Source: Dehalococcoidia bacterium (GTDB lineage: Bacteria > Chloroflexota > Dehalococcoidia > Plut-88900). From it: a stretch of DNA of 64,000 nucleotides. The position numbers and the translations under genes were made by a program. Positions 40,131-52,988 of this stretch are shown here, one piece after another. The notes under the pieces are model-generated. The model had not been told where the DNA came from. It did not search any database and saw only the letters and a program-made list of their open reading frames with translations. The stretch's first letter is position 1, and each line of letters begins with the position of its first letter. The stretch lies in NCBI GenBank assembly GCA_965197585.1, contig OZ240215.1, positions 2,176,001-2,240,000 of the forward strand, written 5' to 3'.

Positions 40131-40979
40131 TTACTCTTCGACTGCGATAAACCTGCAAGGCGATGCGCCACCTTGCTTGATCAGCAAGGGCAGCATGATC
40201 ATCTTAACCCTTCCTGATGTGATCTGATACGCATTAACGAGGCACTTGCAAATAGCGATAGTTTTCACCATCAGCTCCGCATAGCCGCCGCGACCTATCG
40301 AAGGGGGCATATCAGGATACACTGCCTTGGGGATTTCGATTTCCATCAGCCGTTCTCTCGCCTCCGCCGATGGCCACGGCTTGGGGCGAGGGATTATACG
40401 CTCCTCTCCAACCGACCACCTGTATCCCTGATAGGCCGCGGTCATGATCAACGAGGCATCAGTCATGATGACGCCGCTCTTCTTGGCTTCCATTATCTCG
40501 GCCACCCGGACGCAGGCTTCGTAACTCCAGGAGGGAGATACAACGCAATAATCGTTTCCGAGCTCATACGCTTTTTCAGTGGTCGCCCATCCCGTCCGGA
40601 CCAGTACATCGTCGCCTTCCCGGTAGTCCGCCCTGCTTACCGCCTCGTCGATCTCTTCAGCGGTAATGACATGGTAGTCCTCGCCGGGGACGTCCAAGAC
40701 CACCGTATCCCGAAGGATCAGCCTTTCCAAGGGGATTTCATCCAGTCTCCACGGGTATATTGACTCAGCACTTTCAGGAGCCAGTTCATGTGGAGCGCCC
40801 TGGTACGGAGTCATGAACGGACTGGCCGTTTCGTCATCAACCTTGATGTGCGTCATTCGGATGCCGTTCTGGTCGTAAAACATGTATTCAAAGAATTGGA
40901 CGGGGGTGTTCTCGATGGGCAGGATCTCTCCGTAGCCCGCACCCTCCCAAATCGGCATAGATAGGTCTATGAGACGCAT
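40131..40979 (-). CDS. Divergent cyclase-family protein (no HxGTHxD)
   Basis: LIDLSMP, GDDVLVRTGW, CLVN, LPL...GASPCRFIA. Confidence 0.7.
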   Translation of the reverse strand: MRLIDLSMPIWEGAGYGEILPIENTPVQFFEYMFYDQNGIRMTHIKVDDETASPFMTPYQGAPHELAPESAESIYPWRLDEIPLERLILRDTVVLDVPGEDYHVITAEEIDEAVSRADYREGDDVLVRTGWATTEKAYELGNDYCVVSPSWSYEACVRVAEIMEAKKSGVIMTDASLIMTAAYQGYRWSVGEERIIPRPKPWPSAEARERLMEIEIPKAVYPDMPPSIGRGGYAELMVKTIAICKCLVNAYQITSGRVKMIMLPLLIKQGGASPCRFIAVEE

Positions 40980-40992
40980 AGGTTCACCACAT

Positions 40993-41778
40993 TCAATCCT
41001 CAGTAGCTACGACCCGACACGTGGACCCAATGCCCCGTACGAGCTTAAGAGGGCCCACTATGATACGAATGCGAGAGCTTTGAATAGCCCCACAATTAAC
41101 GAGGCGTTTCGCCGTCATGATTCCAGCCCCGGCCAAGGCAAGCGCCGCAGCGTAGTCATTCGCCATTTTTTCCGAGGTGTACGTGCGCAAATACCCTTCT
41201 GCCCTTGGGGAAGGCCAAGGCTCCGGTTGCCTTGTCATCGGAAGCCATTCAGGGATGAGGTGTTTCTCCGGCAAGGCAATGAGCGCCATATCGGTTAGCA
41301 GCAAGTCGCTCCCCCGGTCCTGCATTTTCCGCGCCAGGTGCGTCGCACCTTCAATAGAAAGATGCGGCGTGCCCACCATATATCGGGTGCCAGCGCGTTG
41401 GTACCAGTCCTTGTCACCCCACCCTGTCCTCAAGAGGATCGCATCGCCGGGACGGAATTCCGCTCCGGTAAATGCTGCATCGATATCATCAGGGGAGATA
41501 TCGTCGCCTTCTTCTTTCGGGAGATTCACGACCACTGTCTCTCGAAGAACCAGTTTTTCTATGGCCACCTCATGAAGCCGAGCGGTCTTGCGGTATTCGG
41601 TAAACTGAGACGGCATGGTTAGACATGTGCCGGTCTCAGTCCCAAGAGAGATGCCTTTGTCCGGACGCCTATTCGGGCCGAGAATCGTGGAGGAAAGGAC
41701 AAAGGGGGTCGCAGTGGGAAAGATCTCGTCCGGCATGTGCTCGTAGTCCAAGGGCATGGAGAGTTCCAGAAATCGCAT
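40993..41778 (-). CDS. Divergent cyclase-family protein (no HxGTHxD)
   Basis: LELSMPL, TETGTCL, GDAILLRTGW, RLVN, GSTCRVVA. Confidence 0.7.
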   Translation of the reverse strand: MRFLELSMPLDYEHMPDEIFPTATPFVLSSTILGPNRRPDKGISLGTETGTCLTMPSQFTEYRKTARLHEVAIEKLVLRETVVVNLPKEEGDDISPDDIDAAFTGAEFRPGDAILLRTGWGDKDWYQRAGTRYMVGTPHLSIEGATHLARKMQDRGSDLLLTDMALIALPEKHLIPEWLPMTRQPEPWPSPRAEGYLRTYTSEKMANDYAAALALAGAGIMTAKRLVNCGAIQSSRIRIIVGPLKLVRGIGSTCRVVATED

Positions 41779-41863
41779 AGCTCTCCCTCCTTCTCAACTT
41801 ACAAAACAAATGCTCAGGGGCAGAGAAGCCGCAACGCGCCTTAGAGTAGACAAGCTGGGGGTG

Positions 41864-43213
41864 TTACTCGACCTCTAAGGCAGAGGCACGGTACTCCTGA
41901 CCGGTGAGACTCTCTGGGGAAAGCTCATCGGGATGTCCCCACTCCGATTGGATAGCCGCCTTGATACGTTTCACGGGGTAGCCGCTATCCGCCGCAAAGT
42001 CTCGCGCTTCCCACATGATCTGGTCCACGTCTCCCGCCATCTTGTATTTCTTGTAACGGTTTTCGTATTCCAGCCCCATGGATTCGGCCAAGAGAATGAT
42101 GAACGCCTTGGATTCGAAAGGATAATACTTCTCCGCTATGCAAAACTCCCGTTCGCAGGACTGGTGGATGGTGACCAGCATATCCACTTTCGCCTCAGTT
42201 GCCGCCTCACACACCTTTCGCTGTGCGGCACGTTTGGCCGCCGGGTTCGCACCCAGAACCGGCCCACACTGGTACCCGTAGGGGAATTGCTCTATTTCCA
42301 CCAGCTCCAGGCCGGGAATTACTCCGAGCACTTTCTTCACATCCGGTACTATGGGAGCTTTCGAACCCAAGGCCCCGTGCTCATGGACCGCTACCCGCTT
42401 CCTGACTGGCTTCACAATGGCTGCCTGCACTCGCTCCACATTATCGGCCAAAAAGTGGGTGGTGTGGCCCATTTCATAGTCGTAGTCGATGATGTCGTTG
42501 GTAAAGTCGTTAAAATGGTGGAAGCAAGAGGGACACCACGTGAGCACCTGGTCTGGCGAAAACATGTCGAAGGCGCGGAAGGTCCCCAGGGTAGTCTTTT
42601 CGGACATCCGATTGTTAGTACCGAAGCCAGGCTCGCCGCAGCAGTAGGCCCGGCCTCCGATCGCCTGGACATTGAAGCCAGTCCGACGTATCACCTCCAA
42701 CCCCGCATGGGCCAGATGGGGCGTACGCATGATATTGCACCCCAGCATCAGCACGAGGTCCGCCTTCGCTCCATCTGGGAGCCTTCCTTGATACCAGTTG
42801 ATCTCCGAGTCTCGCATCTGGAGACTCCGCACGACGTCCATAATAGAGTAGGCCTTCATGAATTCAGCCACCCCCTCAGGGCGAGCGCCTCCTGCCTCCC
42901 ATTCCAGTCTCTCGGCCTTCGTCTGTACCAGGCGCAGCATCCGCATAGGGTTAATCCCCTCCGGACATACATCCAGGCAATCGGCGCTTCCGGTACAAGC
43001 CCCCGCCACCACCTTGGCCTCTTCGGAGTAGGTTCCCTCTTTGAGCACCCCGCGGGCCAGTGTCATCAGAAAACTGCGGTCTTGGTCTTTATAAGGGGTG
43101 TAGTCTACCATTGGACACACCTCAAGGCACTTCCCGCACGCTGTGCAGAGCTCGGCCATTTCTTGGGCTTCCTTGGCCAGATAACTCTCCAGGGAAATTC
43201 GTTGCGTGACCAT
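41864..43213 (-). CDS. HdrD/GlpC-like Fe-S protein (ferredoxin plus CCG domains)
   Basis: CTACGKCLEVCP, CTGSADCLDVCP, GC, CCG, CPSC. Confidence 0.85.
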   Translation of the reverse strand: MVTQRISLESYLAKEAQEMAELCTACGKCLEVCPMVDYTPYKDQDRSFLMTLARGVLKEGTYSEEAKVVAGACTGSADCLDVCPEGINPMRMLRLVQTKAERLEWEAGGARPEGVAEFMKAYSIMDVVRSLQMRDSEINWYQGRLPDGAKADLVLMLGCNIMRTPHLAHAGLEVIRRTGFNVQAIGGRAYCCGEPGFGTNNRMSEKTTLGTFRAFDMFSPDQVLTWCPSCFHHFNDFTNDIIDYDYEMGHTTHFLADNVERVQAAIVKPVRKRVAVHEHGALGSKAPIVPDVKKVLGVIPGLELVEIEQFPYGYQCGPVLGANPAAKRAAQRKVCEAATEAKVDMLVTIHQSCEREFCIAEKYYPFESKAFIILLAESMGLEYENRYKKYKMAGDVDQIMWEARDFAADSGYPVKRIKAAIQSEWGHPDELSPESLTGQEYRASALEVE

Positions 43214-43499
43214 TATTTGCTCTCCAGAGTCAACTAGATTTCCTCTCCTCGTAGTTCATCCGGTTTTCGAAGCTTGCTATGTAAGATAGCACATCCTCGA
43301 CCGGACGGTTCACTACGAAACTGCTGCTCAGTTTTGGCATCTCGACCTTGTATTGGCTGAGTGTAATGGGGAGCTTACTCCATTACTACCACATGGGCAA
43401 GTCCATCCAGTTGGCATTGAAAGTCAAATCCGCGATCTTCGGGTAGCGAGGCAGCAGGACAGTTCGTGTCCCCGGCCGGGCTTCACCGCCCCCAAATGA

Positions 43500-44463
43500 C
43501 CCCAGCCGCTCAACTGCGCATTATGGGCAGAGCCTGTCTCGTCACTTTAGTCGTGGCGGTTCTCGGTGGGATCTTCTTAGCGACGTGCGCTCCCCTGTCG
43601 ATAAGATTACCAGCTTTGCATGTCACATATCTTCGGAGCATCTGGGTCGACGTCTGAACCTACGACTACCCGACGATGAAGTAGGACGGTTGGCCCGCAC
43701 GTTCCACGAAATGATTGAGCGGCTGGACAGCGCGTTTCGACCCCCGCTCCAGTTCACATCTGATGCATCACACGAGCCTAGACCCCCTGACCATCATGAA
43801 AGGCCAGATTGATGTCGCACTTCAAAAAAAGCGAGAGCCGGAGGATTATCTGCAGGTGCTTGAAGCGGTCAACGGGGAGGTAGACCGCCTGATTCGTCTG
43901 GCTGGAAGCCTTCTCACCTTAACTCGCCCCGATGCCGGCAACATCCCTTTGACTGTTGAGCGCTTAGCCGTTGCCGACGTGGTCGCCGGGGCCGTGGAGC
44001 ATTCGCATTCGACGGCTCTTCAGAAGGACGTAGAACTCCAAGTTATATCTGGCAGTAGCATCACCATGCGCGCAGACGAAGATCTCATATTACAGTTCTT
44101 GTTCAATTTCTCGACAACGCGATCAAATATACGCCGGCTGGCAGTAACGTGATTGTTGGTTGCAACGCGATGAGCGATCAGGCTGAGTTGTGGGTCAAGG
44201 ACACGGGAATTAGTATACTTGAAGATCCCATCCCGTTTATCTTCGACTACTTCTATCAGATTGACAAGGCGCGTAGCCGCTCCGAAGGGGGAGTAGGGCT
44301 TGGGTTGGCAATCGGCCGCTGGATTGCAGAGGCTCACGGCAGCTCTATACGTGTTGATCTCTCAAGATGGCGGCTAGACTTTCACGGTCCTAGTATCGAT
44401 TATCCGCCAAGTTTAAGCAAATCTTATTACTGTTTTCATCGGAGCTTCATGTCTGAGTGCTAG
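43500..44463 (+). pseudogene. Sensor histidine kinase, multiply frameshifted
   Basis: HAMP DEVGRLARTF, DASHE/PLTIMKG, DNAIKY and GLGLAI are spread over three frames. Confidence 0.8.
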
Positions 44464-45803
44464 ACTGAAGCCGAAGAGCATACAGGCTTAGGAAAGGAGC
44501 GATATCTGTGACATCGGGAAAACGGATGTTTTGGATTTGGGGGTTGGTAGCGCTTATTACGATGGCGGGTGTTGGCGTGACGGCGGCGTGTGAAACCGTG
44601 GAATCGGGAGGCCCTACGGGGTAGATAGACGACGGCGCTGAACTTCTCGATCAGGCGTCCATCAGCCTCGAGGAAGCCATAACCTCGGCACAGGCGGCTC
44701 CGGCGCGCCGACGGTGACGAGTGCGGATCCAGCCTCGGCCACCAGCATGAAAGTGAATTGGAGCGAGCCGGCAAATACCGACCCACCCATAACCCGCTAT
44801 CTGTTGAACATCACGGGGCCGGCAACCAATAGAGAACTCTACATTCCAGATACCTCGTATGCTTCAACCATTTGACGCTCGTGATCACCAACCTTGCGCT
44901 AGATGCGGACTACTATGTGTGTGTACGTGCAGAGAACTGCTTAGGATGAGGACAGTACTCCCAATGGTTTGATGTAGACACACGCGTCGCCGGATGCTCC
45001 TGACGCTCCGATGGTCACCGCCCACGCCAGCGAGACAGAGCTTTCGGTGAGTTGGACCGTGCCGTCGACGACTCTGCCGATCAGCGGCTACGACGTACGA
45101 TACCGGCCCCAATCCGAGAACGCGGACGACCCGTGGGACGAACTGGCCCATGAAGGCACGGCCCTCTCCGCGACGATCAGCGGATTGGCGTACGGCGTTC
45201 CATATGAAGTCCAGCTGCGGGCCTCCAACCCCGAAGGCCCGGGCAATTGGTCGGCTTCTGGTACCGCTACCACACCACTCAACTTTCCCCCGGAGTTCGA
45301 CGAGGGAGCCGCGACCACCCGGAACCTTGTCGAGAACAGCGGCTCCGGCGTCGCTATCGGCGATCCGGTGAGTACAAGCGACCGTGACGACGACACTTTG
45401 ACTTACTTGCTTAGCGGCGCCGATGCGGCGAGCTTCGTCCTCGACGGTACGACCAGCCAGCTCCGGACCAAAGACGGCGTAAGTTACGACTATGAGGCGA
45501 AGTCGGAGTACGAAGTGACGGTGGCGGTCTTGGACGGCAAGGGTGGCGGCGACAGCATCGTAGTGACCATCGAGATCGACAACGTCGTCGAGCGTCCGAC
45601 AGCGCCACCCGCGCCGACGCTGACCGCTAAATCCCCGGTCAGCGTGGAACTTACGTGGGAGGTGCCCGAGTACTCCGGGCCGCCCATCACAGTGTATTGC
45701 GTGCAGCTCCTCCAGGGAGACGCACCCGCGACCTTTGATTGGTGCAAGCTGTTTCCCTCTAGGTCGGCGACCTTCGATGATCTGGAATCGGAGACCGAAT
45801 ACA

Positions 45804-46920
<1,117 letters not shown>

Positions 46921-48865
46921 AGTGACGGAGGTCGGGACGGCGAGCAAGGGTACTGCCGAGGTGGACACCACCGACGATCAGAACGTGATTTACACCCCCA
47001 ACGCCAATGCCAACGGGCAGGACTCCTTCACCTACACCGTCTCCGACGGGAACGGTGGTACCGCTACAGGCACCGTTAACGTCACCATCACCCCGGTCAG
47101 CGATCCACCGGAAACGACGGGCACGATTCCCCAACGGTGAACGTTGACGGCAGGTGACGATCCCTGGAGGCTGGATGTATCAGGCAACTTCGTAGACGCA
47201 GACGGCGACACCCCGACGTACTCGGTCACATCGAGTCGGAGCGATGTGGCAACGGCCAGCGTATCCAGCAATGGATTAGTGGTCATCAGACCGATATCTG
47301 CTAGCTCGACGAACATCGAGGTTACCGCCTCGGCCGACGATGGCGTCGCGACCTGGACCATAAGTGTCACAGTTGATCCGGCGCCTGCCCGTCGGCCATA
47401 GCCCCAACCAACTCCCACTCCCGTACCTACGGTCATCGTACCTCCTAGCAAGATAGTGCCGGTGCAAATAGAAGAAGACATTGAAGACACCCAGATGGTT
47501 GAGGTGGTCAACCCAGACCGACTGACGGTGATCAAAGCGGCTGAGCAATACGTAACGGTTCAGTTTCCGGCCACTTCACGGGCACGCACGTTTCAGGCCA
47601 GAGTCACTACCTATTCGGACGACCGCATGCCCGAGGATCCGCCTGCCTGTATCCCTCTGGCGTTGGTGAAGGTGGACCAATTCGACACTGAAGGGGTTCA
47701 GGAGGAGAATGCACGGCTCATATCCCCTGCAACCCTGCGCATCGCGCTTACTCGAGAACAGGCGGAGGAACTTGGCGGACTGTCTGCAGTGTTCCAGGCG
47801 CATATGAATGACAGGCTGAAGCTTCTGCGGCGTGACGGCCCAGGCGATCCGTGGAGGAAGATATGGTACATGTTCAACTTTGACACGACCCCGGGGCAGG
47901 TCATCATCACCACTCGGATATGCCGCTTTAGCGACTTTGCTCTGGTGAAGGACGACGGGATGTCTGCTCAGGAGAGAGCGCAGGCCGACTCTACAGTTAC
48001 TCCAGAGCCAACTGCAACACCGGAGCCGGTGTTGCCCAAGACACGTGGTGTCTCCATCCCAGGGAGGATGCTGCTTGCTTTGACCCTAGCGGGAGTAGCG
48101 CTGCTCGTCCTTGGGAGCTGGACGACGCTGATTTCGCGCCGAAGGTCTGATCACTCTGGATGATAGGGCCTCTGGTGCTAGGCTGAGCAAGAGTACCTGA
48201 GTCCCGCGACCTTTCCTAGCCGGGCAAGCTAGCGCCCGCAAGTTACTTCGCCTCTCGGACTAACATCTCTATCAGCATGGGGCACGATGGCCTAGACTCT
48301 TAGTCCAAAAGGGCATTGGTCCTTATTCGGGAGATTGAGAGGTAGGAAGACATCCTGGAAGACTTAGCCGAGGTAGTCCGGGCCCATGGAACCTTTGGAT
48401 ACACGTGCAGGTAGTTCTGCATTGGTTGCCTACTCATGGGTGGCATGCAGAACAGGCCCAGGTCATCACCGATGCAACCTCGTGCTAGAATGAGAGCACC
48501 AACTCGAAAATCGTACTGTGTACCGTCAAGTCAGGCCCACCTGCGTTGAATCGAACCCTGCGCAGCTTCTCTGAATAAGTTAGTATTACCAGCGACCATG
48601 TAAAGGGAGTTATCCCAAAGGCTTCATTTTTTCTATATCTGGTGTTCCACTACTGCAAACTCACAGCTCTACAACGAGTTCAAAAGTTCTGGTACAGTCT
48701 CCTTTGTCATCAACGTGGACTCGAATGGCTCTTTTGCGCTGCCTAGGTGGGAACAAATGTGGGAACGGATAGTCAGGTCCCGTTATTGCGTAGCTAACTA
48801 CGAATCCCACTCCTCCGCCACTATTTCAATCACTGAATCGAGGAACCCAACTTCACCACCAATCC

Positions 48866-49465
48866 ATGCTTGAAACATCACAAATAAGCGGCCTCATGGA
48901 CAGGTCGGCGCTCATTGTCATCGACATGCAGCACGACTTCCTGGACCCCGACGCTCCCTACTCCTGCTCCGACGCCCACCCACTCATCGAAAACACCCGG
49001 CGCCTCTGCGACGCCATGCGCTCCCGTGGCGCCCCCATCATCTACACCCGTGAAGTTCACCGCGCCGACGGAGTGGACCGCGGCCGTGAGGGCGACTCCG
49101 AACCCATCCACTGCGTCGAGGGCACCCAGGGCGTCGAGATCGTGCCCCAACTCACACCCCTCAACGGCGACTATATAGTCGACAAACGCAGATTCAGCTC
49201 CTTCTTTCAGACCGAGCTCGCGGGTCTACTCAACGGCCTCCGCACCGAGCTTATCGTCGTCTCGGGAGTCACCGCCAATGCCTGCGTCCTCACTACCGTG
49301 ATAGACGCCTTTCAATATGACTTCCATACCGTTACTATTCAAGACTGCGTTTCCAGCAAGGTAGGCCTGCTCCTGGATGAGAACTACAACGACATGATGC
49401 GGCTCTACAAATTCTATTCAAATCCCCTTCGCCTCGATACTTTCCTGGCCCTTCTGGAGGACTGA
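48866..49465 (+). CDS. Isochorismatase-like cysteine hydrolase
   Basis: ALIVIDMQ.DF, DKRRFSSF, GVTANACV. Confidence 0.9.
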   Translation: MLETSQISGLMDRSALIVIDMQHDFLDPDAPYSCSDAHPLIENTRRLCDAMRSRGAPIIYTREVHRADGVDRGREGDSEPIHCVEGTQGVEIVPQLTPLNGDYIVDKRRFSSFFQTELAGLLNGLRTELIVVSGVTANACVLTTVIDAFQYDFHTVTIQDCVSSKVGLLLDENYNDMMRLYKFYSNPLRLDTFLALLED

Positions 49466-49468
49466 CTA

Positions 49469-50773
49469 GTGCCCGGATACCACATTTGGACCGTCGGTTG
49501 CCAGATGAACGAGGCCGACTCCGAGCGCCTCGCCAGCGCGCTCGAAAAGATCGGCTGCGACCACTCTCCACGTATTGAGGACGCCGATATCATCGTCCTG
49601 AACAGCTGCGTCGTCAGGCAGGGCGTCGAGGACAAGGTCGCCGGTCGCCTCAATTCCCTGAAACCTCTCAAGCGGGAAGACCCCAACCGGACCATCGCCC
49701 TCATGGGCTGCATGGTCGGGCCCCGGGACGAGTCTCTGAAGAAGCGCTTCCCCCACGTCGACCTCTTCCTCAGGCCCCAGGGATACGACCCACTTATCCG
49801 GCGCCTGTCCAATGACGATGGCACGTGTCTCGATAACCTCGGACCCCTCATCCCCACCCAGCCCAACATCAGCGTCAACGTGCCCATAATCCACGGCTGC
49901 GATAAATTCTGCACCTTCTGCATCATCCCCTACCGCCGAGGCCGCGAGCGTAGCCGTCCCATTCCCGAACTCGTCGAAGAAGTGTCGGCCCTTGGACAGC
50001 GTGGCGTTAAAGAGGTGACCCTCCTCGGCCAGAACGTAGATTCCTACGGCCAGGACCTCGCCGATGACTCGGACCTCGCCGAACTCCTGGCAGCACTTGA
50101 CCCCATCGACGGTATTGAGCGCATCCGTTTCCTCACATCTCACCCCAACGACATGAGCCAGAAGCTCATAGACGCTGTTGCTTCCCTTCCCAAGGTATGC
50201 GAACACATCAACCTGCCCATCCAGGCCGGTGACGACGAAGTTCTGGCGACCATGCACCGTGGCTACACCTCCGCCGACTACCTGGAGTTGACCGGGCGCA
50301 TCCGAGACACCATCCCCGGCGTCTCCATGAGTACCGACATAATCGTCGGTTTTGCCAACGAGACCGAGGCCCAGTTCCAGCATACCGTCGACATCCTGGA
50401 AGAAGTCCGATTCGACAAGGTACACGTCGCCCCCTACTCCGTTCGGCCCGGCACCATCGCCTTCCGCAAGATCGATGACTCCCTCGAACAGGACGAGAAG
50501 ATGCGTCGTCTCCACGTAATCGAGGAGGTGCAGAAACGCATCGCCGGGGAGCTAAACGAGCCGTTGCTTGGGACCGAGCAGGAAGTCCTGGTGGAAAGGC
50601 GGCACAAGGGCAAGTGGCAGGGCCGCACCCGCACCAACAAGCTGGTCTTCCTCCCCGTCGAGGACGATGACCTCGTCGGCAAGATGGTCAACGTGAGAAT
50701 CGACAAGACCGGCCCCTGGTCCCTGCAGGGCACCCCTGTATCTGCCTTCGTGCCTACTATGCAGTCGACCTAG
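49469..50773 (+). CDS. miaB: tRNA-2-methylthio-N6-dimethylallyladenosine synthase
   Basis: TVGCQMNEADS, NSCVVR, GCDKFCTFCIIPY.RG, TRAM domain. Confidence 0.95.
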   Translation: MPGYHIWTVGCQMNEADSERLASALEKIGCDHSPRIEDADIIVLNSCVVRQGVEDKVAGRLNSLKPLKREDPNRTIALMGCMVGPRDESLKKRFPHVDLFLRPQGYDPLIRRLSNDDGTCLDNLGPLIPTQPNISVNVPIIHGCDKFCTFCIIPYRRGRERSRPIPELVEEVSALGQRGVKEVTLLGQNVDSYGQDLADDSDLAELLAALDPIDGIERIRFLTSHPNDMSQKLIDAVASLPKVCEHINLPIQAGDDEVLATMHRGYTSADYLELTGRIRDTIPGVSMSTDIIVGFANETEAQFQHTVDILEEVRFDKVHVAPYSVRPGTIAFRKIDDSLEQDEKMRRLHVIEEVQKRIAGELNEPLLGTEQEVLVERRHKGKWQGRTRTNKLVFLPVEDDDLVGKMVNVRIDKTGPWSLQGTPVSAFVPTMQST

Positions 50774-50844
50774 AGTCCCCCTTATAAGCCCTCTATGTCC
50801 TGGTGGTGTGACAGAGGGGACACCCCCTCCCCGGAGCACAAGAT

Positions 50845-51276
50845 TTGACCAAGGCAGACGACCTTCTCAATTCCCTCAGAAGCGCCGGATACAGGCTCAC
50901 GCCCCAGCGGGTGATGATCCTCTCCGCCATCGCTTCCGGCTCGGGGCACATGACTGCTGAGGATATCCACGAAAAGGTCAAGAAGACATACCCGTTCATA
51001 GACATCGCTACCGTCTACCGCACCATCCAGCTGCTGAAGAAGCAACGTCTGCTCGTCGAGATAGACCTCGGGAGTGGGGCCTACCAGTACGAGATGACCC
51101 ACGACCAGCGCCACCACCACATCGTCTGCCGGGACTGTGGCTCGACTCTGGACATAGACCATCATCGCTTCTTGGAGCCCGTCCGGGTCGCCCTCCAACA
51201 GGAGTATGAGTTCGAAGCAGACCTGGACCACTTCGCCATATTCGGCATCTGCCGCCAGTGCCGCTCCAACAATTGA
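50845..51276 (+). CDS. Fur-family transcriptional regulator
   Basis: RLTPQR, ATVYRT, HHHIVC..CG, C..C. Confidence 0.92.
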   Translation: MTKADDLLNSLRSAGYRLTPQRVMILSAIASGSGHMTAEDIHEKVKKTYPFIDIATVYRTIQLLKKQRLLVEIDLGSGAYQYEMTHDQRHHHIVCRDCGSTLDIDHHRFLEPVRVALQQEYEFEADLDHFAIFGICRQCRSNN

Positions 51277-51293
51277 TCCCTCGCACCTTGCCC

Positions 51294-51493
51294 GTCATTC
51301 CGGCCCCAAGCCGGCTGTAAGTGCGCCTATGGTGTGAATCCCTCCCTCGGGGTGTGGATGCTCCCTCCTCCCCCAGTACTGAATTAGAGGCAGGGATATG
51401 TGCAAAGCACATGTGCCTGCCTCTATTCTTATCTCCCCCTCTCCCTTGAAGGCCCTAAGGGAGAGGGGGATAAAGGGAGTGAGGGTTCCCCGG
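51294..51493 (+). repeat. Composite double-hairpin REP/MITE-like element, copy B
   Basis: Homologous to 8888-9048 (reverse) and 63640-63802. Confidence 0.85.
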
Positions 51494-51617
51494 AAGGGTT
51501 GGGGGGCCATCCCCCGTAAGGGCGACCGGCCGATCGCCCTCCCCGGTAGCGGTGCACCCGGGACCCGACCCAATCCGGGGGGGCCATGTGGGCCACCCCA
51601 CCTATGCCACCACCCAC

Positions 51618-52559
51618 TGCGCAAAGTTTCCGTAGAAATCCGACAGTCCATGTAAGCTCATGGACATGTCAAATCTCACACTGATAACGTTGGCCTGGGA
51701 GTTGTACGAGCAAGGGATGACAAAAGCGCAGATAGCGCGGCAGTTGGGTAAACACCGGGAGACGATCCATCTGTGGGTTCGGGGCATCCAAGAACAGGGG
51801 CTGCTGCCCTTCCTTGGGCGATACGAGCAAGCCAAGAAGGGGCCCAGGTTAGGGAGGCGGGTCGACCCGATGGTGAAGCGATGGATTTGGGCCATTAGGG
51901 AGCGGGAGGCGGGGTGCTGTGGACAGAAGATCGCCTACTTCCTGGAGCGGGAACACGGGGTACGCCTGTCAGTGCCTAAGATATATGAGATCCTGAAGGA
52001 GAAGTACATCATCCGTTCCAAGTGGAAGAAGAATCGGCGTAGAGGGCCGGTGCCCACGGCCAGCAGCCCTCGCCAGGTGGTACAGATGGACACGGTGATG
52101 TTTGGAGGCCTGTTTGCCTTCACCGGCATCGACATATACACCAGGGAGGCAGACATCCTGTTAGCCCCCTCCCTGACCGCCGCTTACGGCTGTGCCTTCC
52201 TGGAACAAGCGATGACACGGCGCTTCGATAGCAGGGTGGAGTTGATCCAAACGGACGGGGGCAGTGAGTTCAAAGAGGCCTTTGCAGAGCGGGTGTTGGC
52301 CTACTGCCAACGACACCGGGTGGCTCGGCCCTACAAGAAGAACGAGCAGGCCTACATCGAGAGCTTCAACCGGACAGTGCGGAAAGAATGTCTGGGCTGG
52401 ACCCGCTACAGCGCCCAGGACCTTCCCCAGTGCCGGAGATTAGTAGAGCAGTTCCTGGATCGGTATCACTACCACCGCCCACACCTCGCCCTCGGACTAA
52501 AACCCCCTCTCAAGAAAGGAGTCTTCCACCTGTCGGATATTTACGCATAATATTGCGCA
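51618..52559 (+). mobile_element. IS481-like insertion sequence (transposase 51660-52550)
   Basis: Imperfect ~30-bp IRs TGCGCAA..CGTA..ATCCGACAG. HTH plus DDE (QMDT, TDGGSEF, IESFNR). No target duplication seen. Confidence 0.85.
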
Positions 52560-52562
52560 CTG

Positions 52563-52627
52563 TTGACACTGGTCAGCGGCAGGACTAAAATTCGCTCGCT
52601 TTAGCACTCGGCTTATTGGAGTGCCAG
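52563..52627 (+). promoter_or_regulatory. sigma70 promoter plus CIRCE (HrcA operator)
   Basis: TTGACA-17-TAAAAT. TTAGCACTC-N9-GAGTGCCAG at 52601-52627. Confidence 0.85.
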
Positions 52628-52646
52628 CCCCATCTCGGAGGAGCGA

Positions 52647-52982
52647 ATGCCTTTATACGACTACGAATGTTTGGCTAACGGCCACGTGTTCGAGGTGCGT
52701 CAAAAGGTAATCGAAGTAGGCAACGCCCCTTGCCCCACCTGCTCCTCCGACTCCCGCAGGATATTTCACTCCGTACCCATCCTCTTCAAGGGCTCCGGGT
52801 TCTACTCCACCGACCACCGCAAAGGTCAGGCCAGCTCCTCCAACGGTAAGGAGGAGTCCTCATCCGACTCCGAATCCAAGTCCGAGTCTGATTCCTCTTC
52901 CAAGTCCAAGTCCGAGTCGTCCTCTTCCGATAAGTCCCCCGAGAAGAGCGCCGACAAGGTCGCCTCCAAGACCGACGGCTAG
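52647..52982 (+). CDS. FmdB-family zinc-ribbon protein with Ser-rich tail
   Basis: MPLYDYEC...CPTC...FKGSGFYSTD. Confidence 0.9.
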   Translation: MPLYDYECLANGHVFEVRQKVIEVGNAPCPTCSSDSRRIFHSVPILFKGSGFYSTDHRKGQASSSNGKEESSSDSESKSESDSSSKSKSESSSSDKSPEKSADKVASKTDG

Positions 52983-52988
52983 TCTTCT

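Noticed and set aside
47138-47140. In-frame TGA in the adhesin as possible recoding
   Set aside because: The gene also has a TAG stop and an IS insertion, consistent with decay.
48164-48800. ORF-free stretch before attR
   Set aside because: No repeat, structure or motif I can support apart from GTGGGAAC arm-like repeats near 48748-48767.
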